Shown: positions 11,207 to 22,328 of the stretch, in pieces | Numbering within the stretch: position 1 is the first letter of the stretch | Layout of the letters: every line of letters begins with the position of its first letter | Translations under genes and position numbers: made by a program | Assembly (NCBI RefSeq): GCF_037890675.1 | Contig: NZ_CP149574.1 | Span: forward strand, 2,268,874 to 2,332,873 | Direction: 5' to 3' | DNA length: 64,000 bases | Origin: Methylovirgula sp. 4M-Z18 | GTDB taxonomy: Bacteria > Pseudomonadota > Alphaproteobacteria > Rhizobiales > Beijerinckiaceae | The notes under the pieces: model-generated | Told to the model about the DNA's origin: nothing | What the model saw: the letters and a program-made list of their open reading frames with translations, nothing else | Databases searched by the model: none

Positions 11207-12161
11207 GGGGCGCGCCGTTCGGTAAATGTTGTGCCAATGCCTCGAGCACGGCCATGCGCACCGCGACGCCCATTTCCACCTGTTCGCGGATCAGAGATTG
11301 CGCGCCGTCGGCGACCAGCGAGTCGATTTCGACGCCGCGATTCATCGGACCGGGATGCATGACGAGCGCGTCCGGACGGGCGAAGCGCAGCTTGTCCTCA
11401 TCCAATCCCCAATAGCGGAAATATTCGGCGCGCGACGGAATGAAAGCGCCGTTCATGCGCTCCAATTGCAGACGCAGCATCATGACAATATCAACGTCCT
11501 TCAACCCCTTGCGCATATCACGGTATACCTCGACGCCCATGTCCTCGATGCCCGTCGGCAGCAAGGTGGATGGCCCGACGACGCGCACCCGCGCGCCGAG
11601 CGCGGACAGCAAGAGGATATTGGAGCGCGCCACCCGCGAATGGAGAATGTCGCCGCAAATCGCCACGTTCAGACCTTCGATTCGCCCCTTGTTGCGGCGG
11701 ATGGTGAGGGCATCGAGCAGCGCCTGGGTCGGATGCTCATGCTGGCCGTCGCCCGCATTGATGACCGAACAATCGACCTTGCGGGCAAGAAGATGCACGG
11801 CGCCGGCCTGATTGTGCCGCACGACGATGAGATCCGGCCGCATGGCATTGAGCGTCGCCGCCGTGTCGATCAGGGTCTCGCCCTTCTTCACCGAAGAATT
11901 GGCGACCGACATGTTCATCACGTCGGCGCCGAGACGTTTGCCGGCCAGTTCGAACGAGCTTTGCGTCCGGGTAGAGGCCTCGAAAAACAGGTTAATCTGG
12001 GTGCGTCCGCGCAGGGTCGTCTTTTTCTTCTCGACCTGGCGGGAGACTTCGACCGCCTCCTCCGCCATGGCGAGCAGCGCCTCGATATCGAGACGAGACA
12101 ACCCTTCGATGCCGAGCAGATGCCGGTGCGGGAACGGATGGGGGGAAAAGGCGCTGGACAT
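11199..12161 (-). CDS. pyrB: Aspartate carbamoyltransferase catalytic subunit
   Basis: STRTQ carbamoyl-phosphate binding motif and HPTQALLD. Start set at MSSAF (12161), giving a 321-aa ATCase. Confidence 0.9.
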   Translation of the reverse strand: MSSAFSPHPFPHRHLLGIEGLSRLDIEALLAMAEEAVEVSRQVEKKKTTLRGRTQINLFFEASTRTQSSFELAGKRLGADVMNMSVANSSVKKGETLIDTAATLNAMRPDLIVVRHNQAGAVHLLARKVDCSVINAGDGQHEHPTQALLDALTIRRNKGRIEGLNVAICGDILHSRVARSNILLLSALGARVRVVGPSTLLPTGIEDMGVEVYRDMRKGLKDVDIVMMLRLQLERMNGAFIPSRAEYFRYWGLDEDKLRFARPDALVMHPGPMNRGVEIDSLVADGAQSLIREQVEMGVAVRMAVLEALAQHLPNGAPHA

Positions 12162-12308
12162 TAAAGCGCCTCTATAGGGAGAGTCGGCGAGGTGGGCAAG
12201 GGCGAAGCGATTTGTGACGATCCTGTTAAATCGCTCGACCGGGGGTGAAGCGTCTCGATCGAGGACCGGGAAAGATTGTCGCAGCCGCCGGGTGTGCGCC
12301 CAGAACAA

Positions 12309-12498
12309 TAACTGGCACTCTTAATTTATTGAGATATAATAATATTCCAGCTTTCTTCGAAACTTACCCGAGGGTCTAGACCATCTCCCTGATTGACAAA
12401 CGCCCGCGTCCTCACCACTTTCCCGCCCCAAACGGGTTTTCCCACACATTATATATAGGCGTGTCTGGCGGCTGCCGGACGCGGCACAGGATTGTTGC
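12309..12498 (+). promoter_or_regulatory. AT-rich divergent promoter region between pyrB and topA
   Basis: Sharp drop in GC (attgagatataataatattcc, acattatatatagg) between divergent genes. Confidence 0.35.
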
Positions 12499-15342
12499 AT
12501 GAACGTCGTCATCGTCGAATCGCCGGCCAAAGCAAAGACCATTAATAAATATCTGGGCAAGAACTATGAGGTTCTCGCCTCCTTTGGCCATGTCCGCGAT
12601 TTGCCGGCGAAGGACGGTTCCGTCGATCCCGATCACGACTTCAAGATGCTGTGGGAAGTCGACGCCAAATCCTCCAAGCGCCTCGCCGACATCGCCAAAC
12701 TGGTGAAGGACTCGGATACCGTCATTCTGGCGACCGACCCGGACCGCGAAGGCGAAGCCATCTCCTGGCACGTGCTCGAAGTGTTGAAAGCCAAGCGCGT
12801 GCTGAAGGACAAGAAGATCCAGCGCGTCGTGTTCAACGCCATCACCAAGGATGCGGTTCTCGATGCCATGAAGCATCCGCGCGACATCGACGTGCCGCTG
12901 GTGGATGCCTATCTCGCCCGCCGGGCGCTCGACTATCTCGTCGGCTTCAACCTGTCCCCGGTCCTATGGCGCAAATTGCCGGGCGCACGCTCAGCGGGCC
13001 GCGTGCAATCGGTGGCGCTGCGGCTCGTCAGCGACCGCGAGCTCGAAATCGAGAAATTCGTCAAACGCGAATATTGGTCGATCACCGCGCATCTCAAAAC
13101 GCTGGAAGGCGGCATTTTCACCGCTCGCCTCTCGGGCGCCGACGGCAAGAAGCTCACCCGCCTCGACATCGGCACCGGTGCGGAGGCGGAGGCCTTCAAG
13201 TCGGCGCTCGATCAGGCGAAATTCACCGTGGCGTCCGTAGAGGCGAAGCCGGTCAAGCGTCACCCTTACCCGCCGTTCCGCACTTCGACCTTGCAGCAGG
13301 AGGCCGCGCGCAAGCTCGGCCTGTCGCCTGCCCGCACGATGCAATTGGCGCAGCGCCTTTATGAAGGCATCGAGATCGGCGGCGAAACGGTCGGCCTCAT
13401 CACCTATATGCGTACGGATGGTGTCGACGTCGCCCCCGAAGCGATCACCGCCGCGCGCAAGGTGATCGCCAAAGAATATGGCGACGAATATGTGCCTGGC
13501 GTGCCGCGCAAATATTCGGTGAAGGCGAAGAACGCGCAGGAAGCGCACGAGGCGATCCGGCCGACGGATCTTGGCCGTTTGCCGCGCATGGTTTCGAAAT
13601 ATCTCGATACCGACTTGCTGCGGCTCTACGAGCTCGTTTGGAAGCGCACCGTCGCCAGCCAGATGGAATCGGCGGAGCTTGAGCGCACCACGGTCGATAT
13701 CATCGCCGATGCGGGCAAGCGGCAATTGGAGCTGCGCGCCACCGGCCAGGTCGTGCGCTTCGACGGCTTCCTCGTCCTTTACGACGAGGGCAAGGACGAT
13801 GCGGAGGATGAAGAATCCGCCCGCCTGCCGCCGATGCAGCCGCGCGATGCGTTGCGCAAGGAGCGCATCGAGACGACGCAGCATTTCACCCAGCCGCCGC
13901 CGCGCTACACCGAAGCGAGCCTCGTCAAGCGGCTGGAAGAACTCGGCATCGGCCGGCCCTCGACCTATGCCGCGATCCTTGCCGTGCTGCGCGAGCGCGA
14001 TTATGTGCGGCTCGAAAAGAAGCAGCTCATTCCGGAGGACAAGGGCCGCTTGCTGACGGCCTTTCTGGAAAGCTTCTTCACGCGCTATGTCGAATATAAT
14101 TTCACGGCGGATCTGGAAGAAAAGCTCGACCTCGTCTCCAACAACGAGCTTGATTACAAGAAGCTGCTCAGCGATTTCTGGAAGGAATTCTCGGCTGCGG
14201 TCGACGGCACGAAGGAGCTGCGCACGACGCAGATCCTGGACAATCTCAACGAGCTTCTCGGGCCACATATTTTCCCCGCGAAGGAAGATGGTTCAGACCC
14301 GCGCGGCTGCCCGTCGTGCGGCAATGGCCAGCTCTCGTTGAAGCTTGGCAAATTCGGCGCCTTCATCGGCTGCTCGAACTATCCCGAATGCAAATTCACG
14401 CGGCAATTGGCGATGAACGGCGAAGACGCGCAGGCCGTGGAAGGCGGCGATCAGCCCGGCGTCAAAGTGCTCGGACAGGATCCCGAGACCGGCGAAGACG
14501 TTTCGCTGCGGGACGGACGCTTTGGTCCTTACGTGCAGCTTGGCGACGGCGAAAAGCCAAAGCGCTCTTCGCTGCCGCGCGGCATGACGCCGGCGACCCT
14601 CACCTTGGAACAGGCCGTCGGCCTTCTGTCCTTGCCGCGGGTGGTTGCCAACCATCCGGAAACCGGCGAGCCGATCAAGGCGAGCATCGGCCGGTTCGGC
14701 CCTTACGTACAGCACGGCAAGACCTACGCCTCGCTTGGCAAGGACGACAATGTGCTGGAGATCGGCGCTAATCGCGCCATCGACCTGATCGTGGCGAAGG
14801 AAAGCGGCGCCGGCGGCGGACGCTTCGGCCGCGGCGCCCAGCCGGGCCGCGCGCTCGGCGACCATCCGAAGGGCGGCGCGGTGAGCGTGAAGGACGGCCG
14901 CTATGGCGCCTATGTCAATTGGGGCAAGGTGAACGCCACCCTCCCCAAGGACGTGGATGCTGCGACCATCGATTTGCCGGCTGCGCTCGCTCTGCTCGAT
15001 GCCAAGGCCTCGGGCAAGAGCGCGGACAGCGCGGTCACGGGCCGCCTGCTCGGCGAACACCCCAATGGCGGCCCCGTCACCGTGCGCGACGGGCGTTACG
15101 GCGCTTACGTGAACTGGGGCAAGATCAACGCGACCTTGCCGAAAGGCACCGCCGCGGATGCGGTGAGCCTGATGGAAGCGCTGGAGCTCATCGAGGAAAA
15201 GGGCGGTGCGCCCGCGAAAGCAAGTTCGACCAAAGCTGCCGTGAAAAAAGCGCCGGCGAAAAAAGCCACGACCAAGAAAGCTGCGCCGAAAAAAGCGGCG
15301 GGGAAAAAGGCGCCCGCAAAAAAAGCGGCGGCAAAAAAATAG
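12499..15342 (+). CDS. topA: DNA topoisomerase I with C-terminal zinc ribbons and a lysine-rich tail
   Basis: TOPRIM N-terminus MNVVIVESPAKAKTI and CPSCGNG zinc ribbon. The C-terminal tail is KKAPAKKATTKKAAPKKAAGKKAPAKKAAAKK. Confidence 0.95.
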   Translation: MNVVIVESPAKAKTINKYLGKNYEVLASFGHVRDLPAKDGSVDPDHDFKMLWEVDAKSSKRLADIAKLVKDSDTVILATDPDREGEAISWHVLEVLKAKRVLKDKKIQRVVFNAITKDAVLDAMKHPRDIDVPLVDAYLARRALDYLVGFNLSPVLWRKLPGARSAGRVQSVALRLVSDRELEIEKFVKREYWSITAHLKTLEGGIFTARLSGADGKKLTRLDIGTGAEAEAFKSALDQAKFTVASVEAKPVKRHPYPPFRTSTLQQEAARKLGLSPARTMQLAQRLYEGIEIGGETVGLITYMRTDGVDVAPEAITAARKVIAKEYGDEYVPGVPRKYSVKAKNAQEAHEAIRPTDLGRLPRMVSKYLDTDLLRLYELVWKRTVASQMESAELERTTVDIIADAGKRQLELRATGQVVRFDGFLVLYDEGKDDAEDEESARLPPMQPRDALRKERIETTQHFTQPPPRYTEASLVKRLEELGIGRPSTYAAILAVLRERDYVRLEKKQLIPEDKGRLLTAFLESFFTRYVEYNFTADLEEKLDLVSNNELDYKKLLSDFWKEFSAAVDGTKELRTTQILDNLNELLGPHIFPAKEDGSDPRGCPSCGNGQLSLKLGKFGAFIGCSNYPECKFTRQLAMNGEDAQAVEGGDQPGVKVLGQDPETGEDVSLRDGRFGPYVQLGDGEKPKRSSLPRGMTPATLTLEQAVGLLSLPRVVANHPETGEPIKASIGRFGPYVQHGKTYASLGKDDNVLEIGANRAIDLIVAKESGAGGGRFGRGAQPGRALGDHPKGGAVSVKDGRYGAYVNWGKVNATLPKDVDAATIDLPAALALLDAKASGKSADSAVTGRLLGEHPNGGPVTVRDGRYGAYVNWGKINATLPKGTAADAVSLMEALELIEEKGGAPAKASSTKAAVKKAPAKKATTKKAAPKKAAGKKAPAKKAAAKK

Positions 15343-15429
15343 GCGCAGAAGTGGCTGCGGCACAGCTGGTTCCGGATCGCGGGGAAAAAGCTCGCGGTCC
15401 GGTACGATTCCGCCAGGAACCAGCTTGCT

Positions 15430-15843
15430 CTAACTCATTCCCCTGCTGCCGTTGAATTCCCACCATCGCACCGGCGCTCGTCCATCGGTCCACTGGCCTT
15501 GAAACGACGTGAGCGAGGGATCGAATTCCATTTGCACCGGGCCGAATCCATATTTGTCATGCCATTCGCAAGTCAGGTGGAATCTCGCTCTCCGACAACG
15601 CGCCAATGTGCCCCGCGCCGTCGAACCGTCCAAATCCTGAAATGCGTAATCGCCTTCCAAACGCCCATCGCCAGTCAAATGCAAGCGCGTGACGAGCCTC
15701 GCCAATCCGGGGCCATTGTGGACTTGGCCATAATACTCCCCCGTGAACTGGCGATCCTGTCCTGCCGCCGTATCGGGGCCGGCGTAGGCGGTGGCGGAAA
15801 ATCCCAAGCAAACCAAAATTGCCAAAGCCTCACGCCGTTCCAT
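15430..15843 (-). CDS. Secreted hypothetical protein
   Basis: Signal peptide MERREALAILVCLGFSATAYA, then a Trp/Gly-rich domain with no recognised family. Start trimmed to MERRE. Confidence 0.45.
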   Translation of the reverse strand: MERREALAILVCLGFSATAYAGPDTAAGQDRQFTGEYYGQVHNGPGLARLVTRLHLTGDGRLEGDYAFQDLDGSTARGTLARCRRARFHLTCEWHDKYGFGPVQMEFDPSLTSFQGQWTDGRAPVRWWEFNGSRGMS

Positions 15844-16090
15844 CAACCTCTCCTCGCTCGCCCCTGCCGTCAGGCGCCCTTGTCCTGCCACAATGGCTTC
15901 CTATATGCATGCCCGTGAACAATTTTTGTTTTGCAGATTTCTAACGCATGTGCGTCTCTGTCATTTCTGCCGCGCTCAAATTGCGCTTTACATCATCCAC
16001 TCAAGAGCTTGCACCGTGCCCGCGTGCCGCGACAGCGCCATGCGATTTTTCGGATAGGCAAGCCATTGCAAACCTGACACATTCCCCTCA

Positions 16091-18442
16091 ATGGATAAAA
16101 CTAAGACAAATCTCCCCACCCGCGATCAAATTCTCGCCTTCATAGCGCGCACCTCGGACGAGGCGGCGAAGGCGGGGCATGCGCCGACCAAGATCGGCAA
16201 ACGCGAAATCGCGCGCGCCTTCGATATCAAAGGCTCCGACCGGATCTGGCTCAAAGCCATGCTGAAAGACCTGGAGGGCGCGGGCGACATCGAGTCGCGC
16301 GGCCGCCGCTCACTCGTGAAGCCGGGCCATCTGCCGCCCGTGGTCGCGGTGGAAATCGTCACGCGCGATGCGGACGGCGAATTGATCGCCGAGCCCTTCG
16401 AATGGGACAAGTCCGATGGACCGCCGCCGCGCATCGCGGTCCACGTGCCGCGCAGACCGAAGCCCGGTACCCCCATTCCCGGCATCGGCGAACGTGCGCT
16501 GATCCGCACCGAGCCGAACCGCGATCCGGGCAAACGCGGACCGGCCTATACGGGCCGCGTCATCAAGATCCTGCCGAAGGCCAAGACGCAGATCATCGGC
16601 ATCTTCCGCAGCGCGCCGGGCGGCGGCGGCCGCATTCTGCCGATCGACAAAAAGGCGGTCGGCCGCGAGTTGATCGTGCCGGAAGGCGCGGTCCAAGAGG
16701 CGCAAGACGGCGATCTCGTCGCCGTCGACCTGCTCGGCCGCGGCAAGTTCGGCCCGCCCGGCGCCGCGGTGAAGGAACGGCTCGGTTCGATCTCCTCCGA
16801 AAAGGCGATCAGCCTCATCGCCATTCACATTCACCGCATTCCCAATGTCTTCAGCCCCGGCGCGCTCGCGGAAGCCGAGAAAGCGAGGCAAGCGACGCTG
16901 AAGGGACGCGAGGATTGGCGCAAACTGCCCCTCGTCACCATCGATCCGCCCGACGCGAAAGACCATGACGATGCGGTGCACGCGGAGCCGGATACCGATC
17001 CGAATAATCAGGGCGGTTTCATCATCACCGTGGCGATCGCCGATGTCGCAGCCTATGTAACGCCGCACTCTGCGCTCGATCGCGAGGCCTTGGAGCGCGG
17101 CAATTCGGTCTATTTCCCCGACCGGGTGGTACCGATGCTGCCCGAGCGCATTTCAAATGATTTGTGCTCGCTGCGCCCGAACGTCGATCGCCCCGCCCTC
17201 GCCGTGCGCATGGTGATCGCGCCCGATGGTCGCAAGAAAAGCCACACGTTCCATCGCATCATGATGCGCTCGGCCGCGAAATTGTCCTATCAGCAGGCGC
17301 AGGACGCGATCGACGGCGTCAAAAATGACGCCGCCGACGAGGCGCGTCTTTTGTTCGACAGCGTGCTCAAACCCCTCTGGGCCGCCTATGCCTGCGTAAA
17401 GAAAGCGCGCGACCATCGCGGTCCGCTGGAGCTCGATCTGCCCGAGCGCAAGCTGCAATTGCGCGCCGACGGCACGGTCGAGCGCGTGCTTACGCCGGAA
17501 CGTCTCGACGCGCATCGACTGATCGAGGAATGCATGATCCTCGCCAATGTCGCCGCGGCCGAGACCTTGGAGGAGAAGCGCCAGCCGCTGATCTACCGCG
17601 CCCACGACGAGCCAACGCTCGAAAAGCTCAACGCGCTCAGCGAGTTCCTGAAGTCGCTCGACATCCGGCTGGCGAAAGGCCAGGTGCTGCGGCCCGCGCA
17701 ATTCAACGGCATTCTCGCCCAGGTGAAGGACACCGAGAACGAGAATCTCGTCAACGAAGTGGTGCTGCGCTCGCAGGCGCAAGCCGAATATACGTCGCAA
17801 AACTACGGCCATTTCGGCTTGAACCTGCGCCGCTATGCGCATTTCACCTCGCCGATCCGCCGCTACGCCGATCTGATCGTGCATCGTGCGCTGATCCGTG
17901 CGCTGCATCTCGGCGACGACGGGCTGCGCGATATGACGCCCCAGGAACTCGACGAAATCGCCGAGAAAATTTCCGCCGCCGAACGGCGCGCCATGATTGC
18001 GGAACGCGAGACCACCGACCGGCTGATCGCCGCCTTCCTGTCGGAAAAGATCGGCGCAACATTCGAAGGCCGCATCAGCGGCGTCACGCGCGCCGGACTG
18101 TTCGTGAAATTGAGCGAAACCGGCGCCGATGGTTTCGTGCCTGCCGCGACCCTGGGCCGCGACTATTACCGCTATGAAGAATCGGCGCATGCGCTCGTCT
18201 CGACCTCCACCGGCGAAGCCTATCAACTCGGCGACATGGTCGACGTGAAGCTCGTCGAGGCGGCGCCCTTCGCCGGCGCGCTACGCTTCGAAATGCTGTC
18301 CCACGGCCAGACCGGACTTGGCGTTAGCAGCGGCCTCGGCAAGAAACGCAAGCTGCGACGGCTTGGCAAGGAGACCAAGACGGCGAGGACCGCTAAAACC
18401 AGGACGACGAAAGCCAGGCCGCGCAAGAAGGGCAGATCATGA
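16091..18442 (+). CDS. rnr: Ribonuclease R with a lysine-rich C-terminal tail
   Basis: RNB domain (HDDAVHAEPD), S1 domain and a basic K/R tail, 783 aa. Confidence 0.93.
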   Translation: MDKTKTNLPTRDQILAFIARTSDEAAKAGHAPTKIGKREIARAFDIKGSDRIWLKAMLKDLEGAGDIESRGRRSLVKPGHLPPVVAVEIVTRDADGELIAEPFEWDKSDGPPPRIAVHVPRRPKPGTPIPGIGERALIRTEPNRDPGKRGPAYTGRVIKILPKAKTQIIGIFRSAPGGGGRILPIDKKAVGRELIVPEGAVQEAQDGDLVAVDLLGRGKFGPPGAAVKERLGSISSEKAISLIAIHIHRIPNVFSPGALAEAEKARQATLKGREDWRKLPLVTIDPPDAKDHDDAVHAEPDTDPNNQGGFIITVAIADVAAYVTPHSALDREALERGNSVYFPDRVVPMLPERISNDLCSLRPNVDRPALAVRMVIAPDGRKKSHTFHRIMMRSAAKLSYQQAQDAIDGVKNDAADEARLLFDSVLKPLWAAYACVKKARDHRGPLELDLPERKLQLRADGTVERVLTPERLDAHRLIEECMILANVAAAETLEEKRQPLIYRAHDEPTLEKLNALSEFLKSLDIRLAKGQVLRPAQFNGILAQVKDTENENLVNEVVLRSQAQAEYTSQNYGHFGLNLRRYAHFTSPIRRYADLIVHRALIRALHLGDDGLRDMTPQELDEIAEKISAAERRAMIAERETTDRLIAAFLSEKIGATFEGRISGVTRAGLFVKLSETGADGFVPAATLGRDYYRYEESAHALVSTSTGEAYQLGDMVDVKLVEAAPFAGALRFEMLSHGQTGLGVSSGLGKKRKLRRLGKETKTARTAKTRTTKARPRKKGRS

Positions 18443-18840
18443 CCATGACGATTCTGGAGGCCGAAAAGCGTGACGTGTGGCTCGCCATGAAGCGCGGGTT
18501 CCTCGGCCATTGCCCGCATTGCGGCGAAGGGCGGATCTTCTCTTCCTATCTGAAAGTGAACCCCACCTGCCCCCATTGCGGTGAGGAGTTGCACCATCAT
18601 CGCGCCGACGACGCGCCGCCCTACATCACCATTTTCATCGTCGGCCATATCGTGGTTGGGTTGATGCTAGCGGCCGAACAGGTCTACGACGATTCGCCGA
18701 TCTGGCTGAACGTCCTCGTCTGGCCGCTGCTCAGCGTGATCTTGTCCTTAGCGATCCTCCCACGTGTGAAAGGCGCGCTGATCGCCTATCAATGGGCGCT
18801 GCGCATGCATGGCTTCGACAAGGCTGACCAAATCCCATGA
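18439..18840 (+). CDS. DUF983-family zinc-ribbon membrane protein
   Basis: CPHCGEG...CPHCGE double CxxC followed by a transmembrane segment. The start overlaps the rnr stop (ATGA). Confidence 0.7.
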   Translation: MTMTILEAEKRDVWLAMKRGFLGHCPHCGEGRIFSSYLKVNPTCPHCGEELHHHRADDAPPYITIFIVGHIVVGLMLAAEQVYDDSPIWLNVLVWPLLSVILSLAILPRVKGALIAYQWALRMHGFDKADQIP

Positions 18841-19571
18841 CTGACTTCGCCCAGAAGCTGACGGAAACGGAACGCGAGCGGCGCTGGCCGAACGTCAAGC
18901 CACGCGATGCCGCGACCCTGATCATTCTCGACCGCACCGGCACAGTCCCGAAAGTCCTGATGGGCAAGCGGCACATGGGCCACAAATTCATGCCCCGCAA
19001 GTTCGTCTTTCCCGGCGGCGGTATCGAGCCCGGCGACCGGCGCATGAATGTCGCCGGCCCGCTCGCCGAGGTGGTCGAAGCCAAATTGATGGCACGCAAT
19101 GCGCGCGGCACCGCCGCCCGCGCCCGCGCGCTTGGCCTCGCCGCGATCCGCGAGACGTTCGAGGAAACCGGCATTCTGATCGGCGTCGACGACATGGGCA
19201 CGCCCGAAAATCCGCCTGAGGGCGCCTGGGCCGCCTTCGCTGCGCATGGCGTCTATCCGGCCCTGGACCGCCTGCATTTCATCGCCCGCGCCATCACCCC
19301 ACCACGCCGCCCGAAACGCTTCGATGCCGCGTTCTTCGCCGTCGACATGGGGGAGATTGTCGGCCGCGTTGAGGGGATCGTGCACGAGGACGCGGAACTG
19401 ACCGAGCTTGTCTGGGTGCCGATCGACGAGGCGCAAAAGCTCGAACTGCCGACGATTACGTCTGTGGTGCTGCAGGAACTGGAAGCGAGACTTGTGGCGG
19501 GATTTGGCCATTTTCTCCCGGTGCCGTTTTATTATGAACGCAACAGGACTTGGGTGCGGGAGGAATTGTGA
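18837..19571 (+). CDS. NUDIX hydrolase (CoA pyrophosphatase-like)
   Basis: NUDIX box region GG.EPGD...RETFEETGI. The start overlaps the stop of the DUF983 gene. Confidence 0.75.
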   Translation: MTDFAQKLTETERERRWPNVKPRDAATLIILDRTGTVPKVLMGKRHMGHKFMPRKFVFPGGGIEPGDRRMNVAGPLAEVVEAKLMARNARGTAARARALGLAAIRETFEETGILIGVDDMGTPENPPEGAWAAFAAHGVYPALDRLHFIARAITPPRRPKRFDAAFFAVDMGEIVGRVEGIVHEDAELTELVWVPIDEAQKLELPTITSVVLQELEARLVAGFGHFLPVPFYYERNRTWVREEL

Positions 19572-19701
19572 GGGCTGGCCGAGAAGTTTGCGAGTGGTCC
19601 ACCCTTTTCCTTGACTTCCCGGCAACAATCCGTATGTATGCGCCTCCAGCTTTCTGTGGGCCGCTTGCGGCCATGAACTCCTATGGACGGAAATTAGAAC
19701 C

Positions 19702-19869
19702 ATGGCAAAGGCCGCCACCATCAAGATCAAGCTCCTGTCCACCGCGGACACCGGCTTTTTTTACGTTGCGAAGAAGAACGCACGCACCAAGACCGAGAAG
19801 TACACGTTCAAGAAGTACGATCCGGTTGCCCGCAAGCATGTGGAATTCAAGGAAACCAAGATCAAGTAA
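19702..19869 (+). CDS. rpmG: 50S ribosomal protein L33
   Basis: 55-aa [55 protein letters not shown]. It falls below the ORF-track cutoff and was found by direct reading. Confidence 0.85.
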   Translation: MAKAATIKIKLLSTADTGFFYVAKKNARTKTEKYTFKKYDPVARKHVEFKETKIK

Positions 19870-19931
19870 TTGATCGATCATTGGTTTTAGCGAGACAAGG
19901 CGCCCTTCGGCGCCTTTTTCTTTGGCACGGG

Positions 19932-20870
19932 CTATGCCAGGCTATTGGCCCTCTCGACCGGCCGCCCCCGCATGTGATCGCGCCGCGCCCGAAGCAGCGC
20001 CAGAAAGGCTGCGAAGACTGCCGAAACGCGGCGCTGAGAGGGATAGTAGAGGAAAAAGCCGGGGAATGGCGGCGTCCAATCCTCAAGCGCCCGCACCAGA
20101 CGTCCGGCACGAATGTGCGATTCGGCCTCGTGCTCGAGCACATAGGCGACCCCAAGTCCGGCACTTGCTGCCTGGAGCATGAGATCGGGCTCATTGAACG
20201 TCAGCAGCCCTGAAAGCCTGATCTCCAATTGCCGCCCATCTTTTTCAAATTCCCACGCATAGATGCTATTTGCCGTCATCATACGGTAGTTGAGGCAGCG
20301 GTGCGTCTGTAGGTCCTGAGGCACGGCCGGCATAGCGTGCGCGGCAAAATAATCCGGTGAGGCGACGACGGCCATGCGCAGTTGCGGCCCGACCCGGAAC
20401 GCGACCATATCTTTTTCTATTTTCTCGCCCAATCGAACGCCGGCGTCGAACCCGTCGGCGACGATGTCCCGCAGCCCGTAATCGATGACGACTTCGAGCG
20501 CCGCCTCGGGATGGGCAGCACAAAAGTCACCGAGGATGGGACGGATGACAGCCTCGTAGCCTTGCCGGGTCGCGGTAATGCGCAGCGTGCCCGAAACCCG
20601 GTCGCGCTGCCGGTCCAGCATGTCGAGCGTCTCGTCAATGGCCCTCAGCGCCGGCTCCAATGTCAGCAGCAAGGTTTGGCCCGCCTCGGTGGGCGCAACG
20701 CTGCGGCTGGTCCGTTGCAGCAGCGTCATGCCGAGACGCTTCTCCAGACGCTTGATCGTGTAGCTCAACATCGAATTGGAGATGCGAAGCTCGGCCGCGG
20801 CCCGTGTGAAACTCCGGGTGCGGGCGACCGTGGCGAAGACCGAAAGGTCATCGAGGCCGCCATGAGTCAT
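19932..20870 (-). CDS. LysR-family transcriptional regulator
   Basis: N-terminal HTH LSVFATVARTRSFTRAAAELRISNSMLSYTIKRLEKRLG and a C-terminal substrate-binding domain. Divergent from the SDR gene. Confidence 0.85.
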   Translation of the reverse strand: MTHGGLDDLSVFATVARTRSFTRAAAELRISNSMLSYTIKRLEKRLGMTLLQRTSRSVAPTEAGQTLLLTLEPALRAIDETLDMLDRQRDRVSGTLRITATRQGYEAVIRPILGDFCAAHPEAALEVVIDYGLRDIVADGFDAGVRLGEKIEKDMVAFRVGPQLRMAVVASPDYFAAHAMPAVPQDLQTHRCLNYRMMTANSIYAWEFEKDGRQLEIRLSGLLTFNEPDLMLQAASAGLGVAYVLEHEAESHIRAGRLVRALEDWTPPFPGFFLYYPSQRRVSAVFAAFLALLRARRDHMRGRPVERANSLA

Positions 20871-21046
20871 TGTTCGATAAGATTGCATGATACATCTCAA
20901 TTATTCAACATGATAGAAAGAGTACTCCGCTCCATCTACCGGTCAAGGTGCTGCTTGGCGCGAATGCCGGTCGTCAGAGGACCGTGCAGCCGCCGGCTTG
21001 GGATCGCGCCCACCAGCATCGGACTCGAAAAATGGAAGATGGAACA

Positions 21047-21901
21047 ATGATCAAGCAAAATGCCGTCTGGCTCATCACCGGATGTTCGACGGGCTTAGGC
21101 CGGGCGCTGGCACGCCAAGTCTTGAAATCGGGGTATCGCGTCGTGCTGAGCGCGCGAGACCCTGCCACGCTCGACGACATCGTGAGCGAATTTGGCGATA
21201 CCGCTCACGCAGTGGAACTCGACGTCACCAAGCCGGATCAAGTCAAGACAGCTGTCGCTGCTGCGGAGGCGCGTTTTGGTGGCATCGATGTGCTCGTCAA
21301 CAATGCAGGCTACGGATATATCGGCGCGATCGAGGAAGGCGAAGACGCCGACGTCCGCGCCATGTTCGAAACCAATATTTTCGGCACTTGGAACATGATC
21401 AGGGCCGCACTGCCCGGCATGCGCGAGCGCGGACACGGTCATATCGTCAATCTCAGTTCGGTCGGCGGGCTCACGACTTTCCCTGGTGTCGGCTTCTACC
21501 ACATGTCGAAATTTGCGGTCGAAGCGCTCTCCGAGACGCTGGCCAAGGAGGTCGCGCCGTTTGGCATCGGCGTCACGGTGGTGGAACCTGGTGCATTTCG
21601 GACCGAGTTCCGGGGCCGCTCGATGAAACAGTCAGGCATTCGCTTGCCAGCCTACGCCGACACGACCGGCAAAGTCCGCGACAACCTGATCGCCGGGCAC
21701 GGCAAACAACAGGGTAATCCCGAACTTGCCGCCAAAGCGATCGTCACCGCGCTTGAAGCCGATCAACCGCCGCTGCATTTGGCGCTGGGAGGCGATGCCG
21801 TCGATCTTATTCGGCAGAAAATTGCCGACCTGCAGCGCGACTTCGACAGGTGGGAGGATCTCAGCCGGAGCACGAGCTTTCGAGAAACCGATCCGTCTTG
21901 A
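21047..21901 (+). CDS. Short-chain dehydrogenase/reductase (SDR)
   Basis: TGCSTGLGRALA Rossmann motif, NNAG and YxxxK. Divergently arranged with the LysR gene. Confidence 0.85.
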   Translation: MIKQNAVWLITGCSTGLGRALARQVLKSGYRVVLSARDPATLDDIVSEFGDTAHAVELDVTKPDQVKTAVAAAEARFGGIDVLVNNAGYGYIGAIEEGEDADVRAMFETNIFGTWNMIRAALPGMRERGHGHIVNLSSVGGLTTFPGVGFYHMSKFAVEALSETLAKEVAPFGIGVTVVEPGAFRTEFRGRSMKQSGIRLPAYADTTGKVRDNLIAGHGKQQGNPELAAKAIVTALEADQPPLHLALGGDAVDLIRQKIADLQRDFDRWEDLSRSTSFRETDPS

Positions 21902-22328
21902 CCCGAGGGCCCAAGTCGCCTTGTTTCGCGCGACGCCGGACATCTAAGAATGCCAAAAGGCAAAATGGTGGCCGGCGGCAAATGGTGTTTCGAGGAGGCC
22001 ACTCCATCCATTTGCCGCCAGCCAACCCTACGGACCCAGGAGATGCGGCGGACCTGAGCTTCTCCGCAGGGTGTTCGAAACGGAACCGGACGCTCGCATT
22101 GTGCGCAGCGAATTGCAACGGCTTTTTGCAGGTTTCTAGAACGTATTGCGAACTTTGTTAACGCGCCGTGCGAAATCGGATCTCATGTGTGATTCGCCTC
22201 ACCTCAAGCGGCCAGACTCACCCTTCTCTATGCGGTCTGTCCCTCCGTTGAACCCCATTTGCCCCGCAATCATCTGATTGCATGACGCGATCTGTTGTTT
22301 GTTTTTGTCAGACCGAACGGAGGCTGCA

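Noticed and set aside
14293-15363. 356-aa minus-strand ORF
   Set aside because: Antisense to the topA 3' end. R/G/A-rich with no domain features.
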